64,000 nucleotides of DNA from an uncultured Acidobacteriaceae bacterium (GCA_963749635.1 CAVVNW010000008.1:72413-136412); one strand, 5' to 3'. Shown: positions 38,501 through 47,481, numbered from the stretch's first letter. Notes: generated from the letters alone by a model not told the origin. Program-made: numbers and translations.

Positions 38501-38940
38501 GGCACGTCCGCAGCGTCCTTGGCGGTGAAGGTCGTAGAAATCGTGGGCGTCGTGGCGTCAAGGGTCGCACCCTCTTCGCTGACCTCAACCGTAGTGGCGG
38601 TCCCGGCCGGGAAGACCGTGACATCGACTGTTGCCTTCTTGTTCAGTTCGACGTTGACGCCCTCCTCTGTACCCGTTAATCCCGACGAAGAGGCCGTCAG
38701 TGTGTACTTACCCGGGGGCAAGTTAACGAAGTGATACTCGCCCTGCCCATTCGAGTGTTGGGTGGTTTTAGCATTGGTACCCGCGTTCGTCGCAGTGATT
38801 TCTGCGTTCGGCACCAAGGCGCCAGTAGAATCTTTGATGACCCCAAGGAGGTCGCCGCTGATCGCCTGGCCAAAAGCCCAAGTCGATAAGAGCAGCAGGA
38901 TACTGACCAAGGAGATTCGAACTAATGTGCTTCTCTTCAT
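35524..38940 (-). CDS. TonB-dependent receptor with N-terminal carboxypeptidase-regulatory-like domain
   Basis: 1138 aa with signal peptide MKRSTLVRISLVSILLLLSTWAFGQ and the CarboxypepD_reg-like GVIKDSTGALVPNAEITATN...GEYHFVNLPPGKYTLTA. It has a long beta-barrel region and the C-terminal VVKYNF aromatic terminus typical of outer-membrane barrels. Confidence 0.85.
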   Translation of the reverse strand: MKRSTLVRISLVSILLLLSTWAFGQAISGDLLGVIKDSTGALVPNAEITATNAGTNAKTTQHSNGQGEYHFVNLPPGKYTLTASSSGLTGTEEGVNVELNKKATVDVTVFPAGTATTVEVSEEGATLDATTPTISTTFTAKDAADVPISAGVSGVLNLSLLNAGVASSGGLGAGSGPAVGGNRPRNNNFTIEGVDNNSLSVTGPLIEIPQDAVGSFTVLQNQFSAEFGHSSGGQFNQTIKSGTNQFHGTAYEYFQNRDLNAVDSQYAQSQGYTNVSNPRYDNNRYGGNLGGPIIKNKLFFFTDWEYNTIGQVGNSSTACAPTAAGYSMLNNMFPNSVNLQQLEKYLPAASGGAVVCSPSIQVAAGTPSFLANGSSNPNFAAQAVNIPTGDIGFSGPSYQNYLNTANSFDWVIGQNDSLRGRLAYTKNTGFDTNAQLPTFWDTLPTTYWLATLAEYHNFGTSVNNEFRFGFNRYANVTPTGSQTFPGLGGVFPNLVFTDLNSVQLGPDPNGPQETIQNTYSFVDNVSWVKGKHNFRFGGEFRWYISPQTFTQRVRGDYEWNFTSDYLNDYAAGLNASDPLGERSAGNVVYYGNKKAVYWYANDSWRISPTITLDFGLRYEYTGEPQGTQLQALNAAASVPGLINFTAPTADKTNFLPRLGIAWSPNSQTVVRAGYSIASDVLYDNLGILSLPPEVSQTCDTSILAQYTPTSGCFWSPNKFLASGGLPSVLGAITDPATARSLTTAYIPNQTLPYTESWTAGIQRQFGRVYTLEVRYVGSHGIDLPVQTRLNRQSEVQPWAYLPTYLAAPSQATLDSLPYTTTSQAACNHPGCAYSLANFGSFVQSYANAGFNANNIVSFQPYGQSRYNGLNVQLQRTFTNGLQFQAAYTWSKLLDNSTADVFSTVLTPRRPQDFQCWNCDMSISALNHSQRFTAFAVWDIPYFKHSDNWMMKNVVGNWQFSPVYTLQAPEYADCQSAVDANRNGDSTGDRCIFNSAGVSGTASGVTGLTNSNGQTVAYLANDPTAQYITAGSGTFPNVGRNTIATPWENNWDLSALKRINITERQSVSFSVTAFNLFNHAQYVPGVISDVESFGQTAGPIRNALIPSVSGGVPSPTFQQWNSVFSNHPRQLILVVKYNF

Positions 38941-39038
38941 TGCTCTCTCCGCTTCACTGATGGGATTGAAAATGACCGGCTAAGCCGACATATCGACTTC
39001 GCCCCATGCTGCAAGAGCACGAACGTAGCCATTCGATT

Positions 39039-39124
39039 AACAAATATTCACAATTGTTTTCAATGTGTTACGGGTGGAGTAGAGGTGTTACTTCCTATAT
39101 TTGGTAGTGGCTATATTGCTACTA
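39039..39124. promoter_or_regulatory. AT-rich control region upstream of the receptor gene, with repeats
   Basis: Inverted repeat AACAA-N10-TTGTT (39039..39058); direct repeat GTGTTAC at 39065 and 39085 (20-nt period); imperfect 20-bp palindrome TAGTGGCTATATTGCTACTA (39105..39124). Confidence 0.3.
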
Positions 39125-39304
39125 TCCTGTTTTTCATAGGTTGGCGGGGGCGGGTAGGTGACTCGGCCAGACGAGGTGCAGGTCTACTGGCCGCTAAACA
39201 GGTACGTAAGGGTAAACATATCGGATAGCGTTGATATTCAAGGAGTAACGCTAAGAGAAGACGCAACGGACTCTGCTGGCCCGCTGCGTGTAGTCGTTCG
39301 AAGT

Positions 39305-41776
39305 CTACTGAGCCTTGCCCAAGGCGAGCGTGATCAGAGTCTTTTGCTCGAGCTCGTGGGCTTTGGTTGAACCCGTGGCCGGCGTGGCGTTGGCGGCACG
39401 TTTGATGGTCCGCAGCTTTGGCCCTACGATGCGCTTCAGGCGCGGAACGACGAACGAAAGCGCTCCCATGTTGGCCGGCTCTTCCTGTACCCAGATGAAC
39501 TCGGTCGCCTGTGTATAGCGGTCGAGGGTCTGGGTTAGTTCGTCTTCGGGGAAGGGATACATCTGCTCGAGCATGATGATGGCTGGACCGGAGCGCTTGA
39601 GATTGCGGCGCTCCATGCGGAGTTCGTGGCCGATTTTTCCCGAGCAGAGGAGAACGCGCTTGGCGTCGAGTGCGGTTTCGTCGGGCAGGACGGTGCGGAA
39701 GCGCGGCAACTCGAGATCAGCGAGCGGTGACAGAGCTTCGGGATGGCGAAGCATGCTCTTAGGCGTGAAGACGATGAGCGGCGTGCGCCACTTGCGCATT
39801 GCCTGCCGCCGAAGAAGATGAAAATACTGCGCCGCGGTGGAAGGCTGAGCGACCTGCATGTTATCGCGAGCGCAAAGCTGAAGGAAGCGCTCGATGCGGG
39901 CCGACGAATGCTCCGGCCCCTGGCCTTCGTGACCGTGCGGCAGCAGAAGTACGAGGCCGGTCAACAGGTCCCACTTGTCTTCGCCGGCGACGATGAACTG
40001 GTCGATGATGATTTGCGCGCCGTTGGCGAAGTCGCCGAACTGCGCTTCCCACATCACCAGCGCTTCGGGAAAATCGCGGGAGAAACCGTACTCGAAGCCC
40101 ATCACCGCGGCTTCGGACAGCTCGGAGTTGTAGATCTCGACACGCGCCTGTCCGGGTGCAAGGTGGCAGAGCGGAACGTATTCCTTCTCGTCGATGATGT
40201 CGATGAGCACGGAATGCCGCTGGTTGAAGGTCCCGCGACGGCTGTCCTGGCCACTGAGGCGGATGGGGGTGCCCTGTAAAGCGAGTGAGCCGAACGCCAG
40301 CGCCTCGGCCATGCCGTAGTCGAGCGGGCGCTTGCCGGAGCCCATCTCGCGACGCTGCTCGAGCAGCTTTTGCACCTTAGGATGGATATGGAAGTCGGCG
40401 GGGTAGGTCGTCAGTCCTTCGGTGATGCGTTGGAGCTCAGCCGCGGGCAGGCCGGTGTCAACTTCGTCGGCCGGATTGTAGGGGCCACCATGAAACGGCG
40501 CCCAGTAGCTGGGCAATTGGCGCATGACCGGCTTCTTGGCCATGCTCTTGCCGGCCTTTTGCGCGGTGTCGAGTTCGGACTGGAACTTCTCGACAAAGGG
40601 ATGCGGATCGATTCCCACGCGCTGAGCGTAAGAGAGATACAGCAGCGGACGGTCCTTAATCTTGCGATACAGGATCGGCTGGGTGATGGTGGGGTCATCG
40701 ACCTCGGAGTGGCCGTGACGGCGGAAACCGATGAGGTCAACCACTACGTCGCTGCCGAACTCGTAACGATACTCGAGCGCCATGCGTCCGACGCGAACGA
40801 CGGCGTCAGGATCTTCGCCGTTCACGTGGAAGATGGGAATGGGCAAGCGCTTGGCGAGGTCTGAGGAAAAACGCCCCGAATAGGCTTCGCTGGGGTTGGC
40901 GGTGAAACCGATCAGATTGTTAACGATGACGTGCACGGTGCCGCCAACGGTGTAGCCACGAAGAGTGGCAAGGTTCAAGGTTTCGGCGGTGATTCCCTGT
41001 CCCGCGAAAGCCGCGTCGCCGTGCATGATGAGCGGCAGAACTTTAGCTTTGCCGTCGCGGCCGATGCGCGTCTGCTTGGCACGCGCGCGTCCCTCGGCGA
41101 CAGGATTTACCGCTTCGAGGTGGCTGGGATTCGACACCAGATGGATGCGCAGCTTGCCGCCGCTGGCTCCAGTGAAGATACCGGTGGCGCCGATGTGATA
41201 CTTCACGTCTCCGCCACCGAGAACGCTGCGGGGATCGACGTCTTCGAATCCGGCGAAGATTTCTGCTGCCGGGCGGCTGACGATGTTGATGATGACGTTG
41301 AGGCGTCCGCGATGGCTCATGGCCAGGACAGCCTGCTCGGCTCCGTTCTCGGAAGCGGAGTTCAGGATTTCGTCGAGCAGCGGGATGAGCGCGGTGTTGC
41401 CTTCGAGCGAATAGCGTTTGGTGCCGATGTAACGAGAATGGATCGTTTGCTCGAAAATGTCGGCGCGGACCAGTTCGTCGAGGACTCGCTCGCGGTTGAC
41501 GGGCATCGAGTCTTCCGATTCCATGCGCTCCTGAATCCAGCGGCGGCGCTCGGGATCGGCGATGTGCATGAATTCCGCGCCAATGCTGCCGCAATAGATG
41601 CGGCGCGCGGCGTCGGCTTCTTCGCCCGATAAATCGAGTTCAGGGTGGGCCATTGGGACAAAATGGCCGACCGGATCGAGGTCAGCTTGCAGGTAGCCCC
41701 AGCGGCGGAACGAATCCATAACTCGCTCCAGCTTCTCGCTATCAACGTTCATCAAGACAGTGGACAAGGATGACAA
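39305..41776 (-). CDS. sucA: 2-oxoglutarate dehydrogenase E1 component (short N-terminus)
   Basis: IGAEFMHIADPERRRWIQERMES and FRRHGHSEVDDP, plus transketolase-like pyrimidine-binding regions. It is 823 aa and lacks roughly the first 90-100 residues of the E. coli enzyme. Confidence 0.88.
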   Translation of the reverse strand: MSSLSTVLMNVDSEKLERVMDSFRRWGYLQADLDPVGHFVPMAHPELDLSGEEADAARRIYCGSIGAEFMHIADPERRRWIQERMESEDSMPVNRERVLDELVRADIFEQTIHSRYIGTKRYSLEGNTALIPLLDEILNSASENGAEQAVLAMSHRGRLNVIINIVSRPAAEIFAGFEDVDPRSVLGGGDVKYHIGATGIFTGASGGKLRIHLVSNPSHLEAVNPVAEGRARAKQTRIGRDGKAKVLPLIMHGDAAFAGQGITAETLNLATLRGYTVGGTVHVIVNNLIGFTANPSEAYSGRFSSDLAKRLPIPIFHVNGEDPDAVVRVGRMALEYRYEFGSDVVVDLIGFRRHGHSEVDDPTITQPILYRKIKDRPLLYLSYAQRVGIDPHPFVEKFQSELDTAQKAGKSMAKKPVMRQLPSYWAPFHGGPYNPADEVDTGLPAAELQRITEGLTTYPADFHIHPKVQKLLEQRREMGSGKRPLDYGMAEALAFGSLALQGTPIRLSGQDSRRGTFNQRHSVLIDIIDEKEYVPLCHLAPGQARVEIYNSELSEAAVMGFEYGFSRDFPEALVMWEAQFGDFANGAQIIIDQFIVAGEDKWDLLTGLVLLLPHGHEGQGPEHSSARIERFLQLCARDNMQVAQPSTAAQYFHLLRRQAMRKWRTPLIVFTPKSMLRHPEALSPLADLELPRFRTVLPDETALDAKRVLLCSGKIGHELRMERRNLKRSGPAIIMLEQMYPFPEDELTQTLDRYTQATEFIWVQEEPANMGALSFVVPRLKRIVGPKLRTIKRAANATPATGSTKAHELEQKTLITLALGKAQ

Positions 41777-41967
41777 ACTCCGTGGCCGCGGCGTTGCTCG
41801 GCAAGGCCCGGCGGTCGCTAAAAATGCTTATTCGTTATAGATTCCCCGCCGGACGGTCGGATGCGCGCGGGCGATCCGGAACCGGATACGGTTGGCACTC
41901 AAACCACTTAGTATATCGAAAACGTCTTCGGTTCCGGTAACCTAGCTCCGGCGTTTCTGGAGGACTC

Positions 41968-43974
41968 ATGTTGGCCCATCGCAAGTGCCGCATCCAATCA
42001 GGAATTTTCATCACCGTTCTGGCAGTGCTGTTCGGGCTAACGCCTGTTCTGCACGGCGCTGACTCTCCCAACGACCGGCAACCGACTGATGCAAAGTCAC
42101 TCAACTCGCCGCCGAGCCGGTCGGCTCGAGCGGTGCCGATCGAGGACTTCTTCTACAGTCGACGCGTCAGCTCTCCGGCGTGGTCTCCGGACGGAAAGAG
42201 GATTGTTTTCACGACGAACCTGACCGGGCGAGCCAACCTGTGGATGGTGAGTTCGGAGGGAGGGTGGCCGCTTCAATTGACGGTGTCGGACGACCGGCAG
42301 AGCGGAGCGGTATGGTCGCCGGATGGAAAGTGGATCGTTTACCACCAAGACTTCGGCGGCGGCGAGTATTACGACCTGTTTGCCGTCGCCAGCGGCGGCG
42401 GGACTCCCCTGAACCTGACGAATACGCCGGATGTTTCTGAGACGAATCCGCAATTTTCGCCGGACGGAAAGACGTTGGCGCTGAGCTACAAGCTGAAGTC
42501 ATCGCCCGCCAGCGACGTTGCAGTGCTCGATTGGAATTCACGCGCGGTAAGAGACCTGACGAATGAAAAGACCAAGGACCATACCTGGCAGCTGAGGGTG
42601 TGGAGTCGGGACGGCCGATCGATCCTGGCCAACCGGCTCAACTCGGGAGACACCGATGCCAGCGTTTTTCTAATTGATGTGGCGTCGGGCAAGGCAGAAG
42701 AACTGACGCCGCATAAGGGCGACGTTGTGTATTTCGGTACGGCAGTTTCGCCGGATGGGAAGTCGGTGCTGGTTATGTCCAACGAGAAGGGTGGATATTT
42801 AAACGTAGGCATCGTCGACGTCGCGAGCAAGAAGCTGAGATGGCTTACTGATGTCCAATGGGAAGCCGAGGCGGGAGACTTTTCGCCGGATGGAAAACTC
42901 GCCAGCTATGTGATCAATGCCGACGGATTACAGACGACCTACCTCTACGATCTCGCGTCAGGAAAAGCGACTAGTGTCCCGATGCCGCCGGGGCTCACTT
43001 CGCCGACGGGAAATGCGAGTTCGTTCTCGCCCAAGGGTACTTCCCTGCTGCTGAGCTATCAGAGCTCACAACGCCCCTCGGACTTCTGGGTCTATGACAT
43101 CGCCTCCAGGAAGCCGCGTCAGTTGTCTTATTCAGCGGTAGCGAGCCTGACTCCGGAAGACCTGCCGCCAGCACAGTTGGTGCATTATAAGAGTTTCGAC
43201 GGCAAAATCATCAGCGCATTCGTCTGGATGCCGTTCAATCTGAAGCGTGACGGTTCGAATCCGGCGGTAGTGATTCCGCACGGAGGTCCCACCGGTCAAA
43301 CCGTCGATTCCTTCAATTCGCTGGCTGCCGCCCTGTCTTCGCGCGGCTACATCTGTATCGCTCCTAACGTGCGCGGCTCGACCGGCTATGGCATGGAATT
43401 CCAGAAAGCTAATCACAAAGATCTTGGCGGAGGGGATTTGCAGGACGAAGTTTACGCCACGAAGTTTCTGCTCGACACGGGCTATGTGGATGCCAGGAAG
43501 ATCGGAATCACGGGCGGTTCCTATGGTGGATTCATGACGCTGATGGCGATCGGCAAAACCCCCGAGGTCTGGGCGGCGGCCGTGGAGATGTACGGCATCA
43601 TCGACTGGTACACCATGTTGCAGCATGAAGATCCCTCGCTGCAGGAATACGAAAAATCGTTGCTGGGTGATCCAGTGGCAGACAAGGCCGTGTACGATGC
43701 CACCTCACCGATCAAGTACATCCGCAATGAAAAGGCACCGCTGCTGATTCTGCAGGGCGACAATGACATTCGCGTTCCCAAGGAAGAGGCCGAGCAGGTA
43801 TTCGACATCCTCAAGAAGGAGGGCCGGACGGTGGACGCGCATTTCTACCCGGCCGAGGGGCACGGTTTTGCCAAACGCGAGAACCAGATTGACTCTATCC
43901 GTCGAACGGTCGACTGGTTTGACAAGTACCTGAAGGGCTCGGGATCTCAGGGTTCGGCCAGTTCATCGAAGTGA
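41968..43974 (+). CDS. S9 family serine peptidase with N-terminal beta-propeller (TolB/WD40-like)
   Basis: Repeated SPDGK motifs in the propeller; catalytic GGSYGGFMT, QGDNDIRVP and EGHGF. GGAGGA lies upstream of the ATG. Confidence 0.88.
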   Translation: MLAHRKCRIQSGIFITVLAVLFGLTPVLHGADSPNDRQPTDAKSLNSPPSRSARAVPIEDFFYSRRVSSPAWSPDGKRIVFTTNLTGRANLWMVSSEGGWPLQLTVSDDRQSGAVWSPDGKWIVYHQDFGGGEYYDLFAVASGGGTPLNLTNTPDVSETNPQFSPDGKTLALSYKLKSSPASDVAVLDWNSRAVRDLTNEKTKDHTWQLRVWSRDGRSILANRLNSGDTDASVFLIDVASGKAEELTPHKGDVVYFGTAVSPDGKSVLVMSNEKGGYLNVGIVDVASKKLRWLTDVQWEAEAGDFSPDGKLASYVINADGLQTTYLYDLASGKATSVPMPPGLTSPTGNASSFSPKGTSLLLSYQSSQRPSDFWVYDIASRKPRQLSYSAVASLTPEDLPPAQLVHYKSFDGKIISAFVWMPFNLKRDGSNPAVVIPHGGPTGQTVDSFNSLAAALSSRGYICIAPNVRGSTGYGMEFQKANHKDLGGGDLQDEVYATKFLLDTGYVDARKIGITGGSYGGFMTLMAIGKTPEVWAAAVEMYGIIDWYTMLQHEDPSLQEYEKSLLGDPVADKAVYDATSPIKYIRNEKAPLLILQGDNDIRVPKEEAEQVFDILKKEGRTVDAHFYPAEGHGFAKRENQIDSIRRTVDWFDKYLKGSGSQGSASSSK

Positions 43975-44708
43975 TGCCGCAGAGACTTTCGTCGCGTGAC
44001 CATTTGTTTGTGCTGACGGGTGCCGGGGTTAGCGCGGAGAGCGGGTTGCCGACTTTTCGCGGGGTAAACGGAATTTGGCGGGGCTACAGGGTCGAGGATG
44101 TCGCTACGCCTGAGGCGTTCGCCGCCGATCCTGCGCTGGTGTGGCAGTTCTACTCTGAACGCCGAAAGAGACACGAAACGGTCGAGCCGAATCCAGCCCA
44201 CTTCGCGCTGGCCGAGCTTGAGCGTAACTTGTCGGAGCGGTTCTTCCTGTGTACGCAGAATGTGGATTCGTTGCATGAGCAGGGTGGATCGCAGCGGGTC
44301 GTCCATATGCATGGCAGGATCATGCAGTCGCGGTGCTCGAGAGCGCATTGCACGACGAGCCCTTTCGATGATCGCAACCTGTACCAGTCGGCGGAGGAAA
44401 TTCCGAAGTGCCGCGCCTGCGGAGCGCCGATACGTCCGCACATCTGCTGGTTCGGCGAAGTTCCGTTTCAGATGGATCTCATTCTTCATCAGCTCGAAGG
44501 AGCCACGGTGTTGCTCACGGTTGGGACGTCTGGCGTAGTCGAGCCGGCCGCAAGTTTCGTGAGGATGGCCCGTCGCAATCGTGCGCGAACGATTTATGTT
44601 GGGCCAGAAGAGCCGTCAAACAGTGGGTATTTCGACGAAGTGCTGCTGGGTAAGGCGGGAGAAGTCTTGCCGGGCCTGGTGGAAGATGTGATAGGTCCAC
44701 CAAACTGA
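43974..44708 (+). CDS. cobB: NAD-dependent protein deacylase (sirtuin, CobB type)
   Basis: GAGVSAESGLPTFRG, QNVDSLHEQGG, catalytic His in VVHMHG, and Zn ribbon CSRAHC...CRACG. The ATG shares one base with the peptidase TGA stop (GTGATG). Confidence 0.88.
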   Translation: MPQRLSSRDHLFVLTGAGVSAESGLPTFRGVNGIWRGYRVEDVATPEAFAADPALVWQFYSERRKRHETVEPNPAHFALAELERNLSERFFLCTQNVDSLHEQGGSQRVVHMHGRIMQSRCSRAHCTTSPFDDRNLYQSAEEIPKCRACGAPIRPHICWFGEVPFQMDLILHQLEGATVLLTVGTSGVVEPAASFVRMARRNRARTIYVGPEEPSNSGYFDEVLLGKAGEVLPGLVEDVIGPPN

Positions 44709-44724
44709 CCGGGCAATTTGGCGA

Positions 44725-45240
44725 TTACCGATTCGCCTCCAATTCCCTCCACAAATCGCTCAGCGGAAGAAATATGGGAGTTCCGGATATGTGGAATTCT
44801 TCAGCAGGCAACCACGCGGTTGTGCTGCAGTCGTAACCCACCCGAGTAGCAGGGTCGATCACCCAAACATTCTGGATCCCCATCCGCCGGTAATCTGTCA
44901 GACGGCCGTTATAGCGTGAGATGCGGTCTTCTGAAGAAAGTATCTCGATCACGGCGAGTGGTGGATGGGTCAGAACCTGTTCGATCGGTTGCCCACGCAG
45001 GACCAGGCAGACGTCCGCGATTCTCACCCGTCGTTCTGACACTCGAATTCGCATCTCGGGCAGGACCTGCAACGCCCAGTCGTGGCGATGCTGATAAAAC
45101 CAGCTCGTCAGGAATGCCTGTACCGCCGCATGATCGAATTCTCCCAAGTTGCGCTCCTGGACCTCTCCGTCCACAAAGTCGCAGTCGGGGTGAAAACTGG
45201 TCCGCAGATAGTCTGACAGCGATGTTTGCAGGGTAGCCAT
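44725..45240 (-). CDS. Uma2 (DUF820) family putative endonuclease
   Basis: 171 aa with PLAVIEILSSEDRISRYNGRLTDYRRMGIQNVWVIDP, which matches the PD-(D/E)xK-like Uma2 core. Confidence 0.75.
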   Translation of the reverse strand: MATLQTSLSDYLRTSFHPDCDFVDGEVQERNLGEFDHAAVQAFLTSWFYQHRHDWALQVLPEMRIRVSERRVRIADVCLVLRGQPIEQVLTHPPLAVIEILSSEDRISRYNGRLTDYRRMGIQNVWVIDPATRVGYDCSTTAWLPAEEFHISGTPIFLPLSDLWRELEANR

Positions 45241-45285
45241 ACCGATTCCTGACGATAATTGTACGCCCGAACGAGTAGCTTACGG

Positions 45286-47166
45286 TCAGTGAATGAAGTA
45301 TCCGGTGATGCGGAAGGCGGCAAAAGCGCAGACATACGCCACTACCGTCATGTAGGCGAATTGAATGGCCGGCCACTTCCAGCCGTTGGTCTCGCGACGG
45401 ACGACCGCCAGCGTCGACATGCACTGCATGGCGAAGGCGAAGAACACCAACAGGGCTACCGCTCCAGGCAAGGTCAGCTCGTGACGCAACGCGTTTTGCA
45501 GATCGAACGAATGCGATTCGGCGTCGATGCCATTCAGCGTGCCGAGCGTCGCGATGATGACTTCGCGCGCGGCCAGCGACGTTACCAGGCCGACACCGAT
45601 CTTCCAGTCGAAACCCAGCGGCTTGATAACCGGTTCGATGGCGTGGCCGACCGAAGCCACCACGCTATCTTGAATGGCAGGCGGGTGGCCGTTGTGCATG
45701 GGGAAATTGGTCGCCGCCCACAGCAGCAGCGAAACCAGCATGATGACCGTTCCGGCGCGATAGAGAAATGCCTTGCCGCGATCGACCAGCCGCAGCAATA
45801 ACGACGACAGCTTCGGCCAGCGGTAGGGCGGCATCTCCATGATGAACGGAGCGTCTTTGCTGCGGAGCACCGTGGACTTCAGGAGCCTCGCGGTCAGCAC
45901 CGCCATCAGGAATCCGAGCACGTACAGGCCGAGCATCGCGGCCGCGCGCGTGTTCAGAAATGGCCCAAGCAAAGCGCGGCTCGGCAAGAAGGCCGCGATG
46001 ACCATGGTGTACACCGGCAGACGGGCGGAGCAGGTCATGAACGGCGCGATGAGGATGGTCGCAACCCGGTCACGCTTGCTCTCGATGGTGCGCGTCGCCA
46101 TGATGGCCGGAACCGCACAGGCATACGCGGAAAGCAGCGGGATGAAACTCTTGCCGTTGAGGCCGACGCGGGACATGGTGCGATCGGCGATGACCGCGGC
46201 CCGCGCCAGATAGCCGGAGTCTTCCAGAATCCCGATCACCAGAAACAGCAGCAGAATCTGCGGTAGAAAGACGAGTACCGACCCGGTGCCTTTCCACACG
46301 CCGTTGATGACCAGCGAGCGGAAGATACCGTCGGGCAGCATTTGACCAACCCACGCGCCGGAGGAGTCGAGGTAGCGCTGTATCAGGTTTTGCAAAGGCT
46401 GGCCGGCAGCGAAGATCATTTGGAAAACCGCGATCACCACGCCGACAAAAATCAACGGCCCCCAGAATCTGTGCAGAAATATGTTATCCAGCCTCTTGGT
46501 CCAGACGGGCGCGATTGGCCGGCGATAATTGGCGTTTTCGCCGACGCGGACGGCCCACTCGCGCACGCTGCGCGTGCTGCCGACGACGGGCAACTCCAGC
46601 GGTTCGGGAACGGGAGAGGCGGCGGAAAGAAAATTGGTTACGGCTTCCAAGCCCAAGCCGGTGGTCGCGCTGACCAGCGCAACCGGGGTGCCCAACTGGC
46701 GCGCCAGCGACAGAACATCAACCGCACCGTTCTGCTTGTGCAGTTCGTCTGCCATGTTCAGCAGGACAAGCGTCGGCAGTCCGAGAGCAATCACGCGCGC
46801 AGCCAGCACGAGGTGGGTATTGAGATTGTTGGAATTCAGAACAACGATGACCGCGTCAGGGCGCGCCATGCCGGGCATGTTGCCTTGTAACACCTCAACG
46901 GCAACTCGCTCGTCTTCCGACTTGGGGACAAGGCTGTAGATGCCGGGCAAGTCGATGAGGGCGACTTCTTCGCCGTTGGCATCGCGGACGTAGCCGATGT
47001 GGTGCTCGACGGTTACGCCGGGAAAATTGCCGACTTTCTGGCGCAATCCGGTGAGGCGGTTGTAGAGCGTAGTCTTGCCGGAATTCGGCGGACCGATCAC
47101 AGCGACGGTGCGATAGGAGGTTACGACCGTTTCGTCTTCGGGGCGCGCCACGGTATGGCACGTCAT
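45286..47166 (-). CDS. feoB: Ferrous iron transporter B
   Basis: G-domain VAVIGPPNSGKTTLYNRLTG and DLPGIYSL, followed by a polytopic membrane domain. Confidence 0.92.
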   Translation of the reverse strand: MTCHTVARPEDETVVTSYRTVAVIGPPNSGKTTLYNRLTGLRQKVGNFPGVTVEHHIGYVRDANGEEVALIDLPGIYSLVPKSEDERVAVEVLQGNMPGMARPDAVIVVLNSNNLNTHLVLAARVIALGLPTLVLLNMADELHKQNGAVDVLSLARQLGTPVALVSATTGLGLEAVTNFLSAASPVPEPLELPVVGSTRSVREWAVRVGENANYRRPIAPVWTKRLDNIFLHRFWGPLIFVGVVIAVFQMIFAAGQPLQNLIQRYLDSSGAWVGQMLPDGIFRSLVINGVWKGTGSVLVFLPQILLLFLVIGILEDSGYLARAAVIADRTMSRVGLNGKSFIPLLSAYACAVPAIMATRTIESKRDRVATILIAPFMTCSARLPVYTMVIAAFLPSRALLGPFLNTRAAAMLGLYVLGFLMAVLTARLLKSTVLRSKDAPFIMEMPPYRWPKLSSLLLRLVDRGKAFLYRAGTVIMLVSLLLWAATNFPMHNGHPPAIQDSVVASVGHAIEPVIKPLGFDWKIGVGLVTSLAAREVIIATLGTLNGIDAESHSFDLQNALRHELTLPGAVALLVFFAFAMQCMSTLAVVRRETNGWKWPAIQFAYMTVVAYVCAFAAFRITGYFIH

Positions 47167-47184
47167 GGCCGGGCCTCCGTACGG

Positions 47185-47481
47185 TTAATCACCGAAGGCC
47201 GGTGCGCCGACGAGGGACACGTGGATGTGCCGGGAGAGCTCGCGGCGTATGGCCACTTCGGTCCCTTCGACCCGATAGACCCGGGGATCTCCTCCGGGGC
47301 CGCTGCGTGCGACGGTGACTTCCAGACCGGGGACAAACCCCAGGTTCATCAGGTGTTCGGCGATAGGATGATCGAGTTCCAGGTCTTGCACGATGGCGCG
47401 CTCGCCTACCTGCAAATCGGCCAGCGCGCTGCCAGGAGGAGTGCCGCGCTGCTTGCGTCCGAATATGAAGTTGAAAATCAT
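47185..47481 (-). CDS. feoA: FeoA domain protein
   Basis: LADLQVGERAIVQDL...LMNLGFVPGLEVTV...YRVEGTEVAIRRELSRHI is an SH3-like FeoA pattern. The start is ambiguous: ATG at 47481, 47499 or 47538. Confidence 0.8.
   Translation of the reverse strand: MIFNFIFGRKQRGTPPGSALADLQVGERAIVQDLELDHPIAEHLMNLGFVPGLEVTVARSGPGGDPRVYRVEGTEVAIRRELSRHIHVSLVGAPAFGD

Noticed and set aside
43974-44708. The Sir2-domain protein as part of an anti-phage system (Thoeris, DSR or SIR2-HerA-like), given the neighbouring Uma2 nuclease.
   Set aside because: It is a compact 244-aa CobB-type sirtuin with an intact Zn ribbon and catalytic motifs and no extra domains. No TIR, HerA, pAgo or similar partner is present. The Uma2 gene is convergent and separately transcribed.
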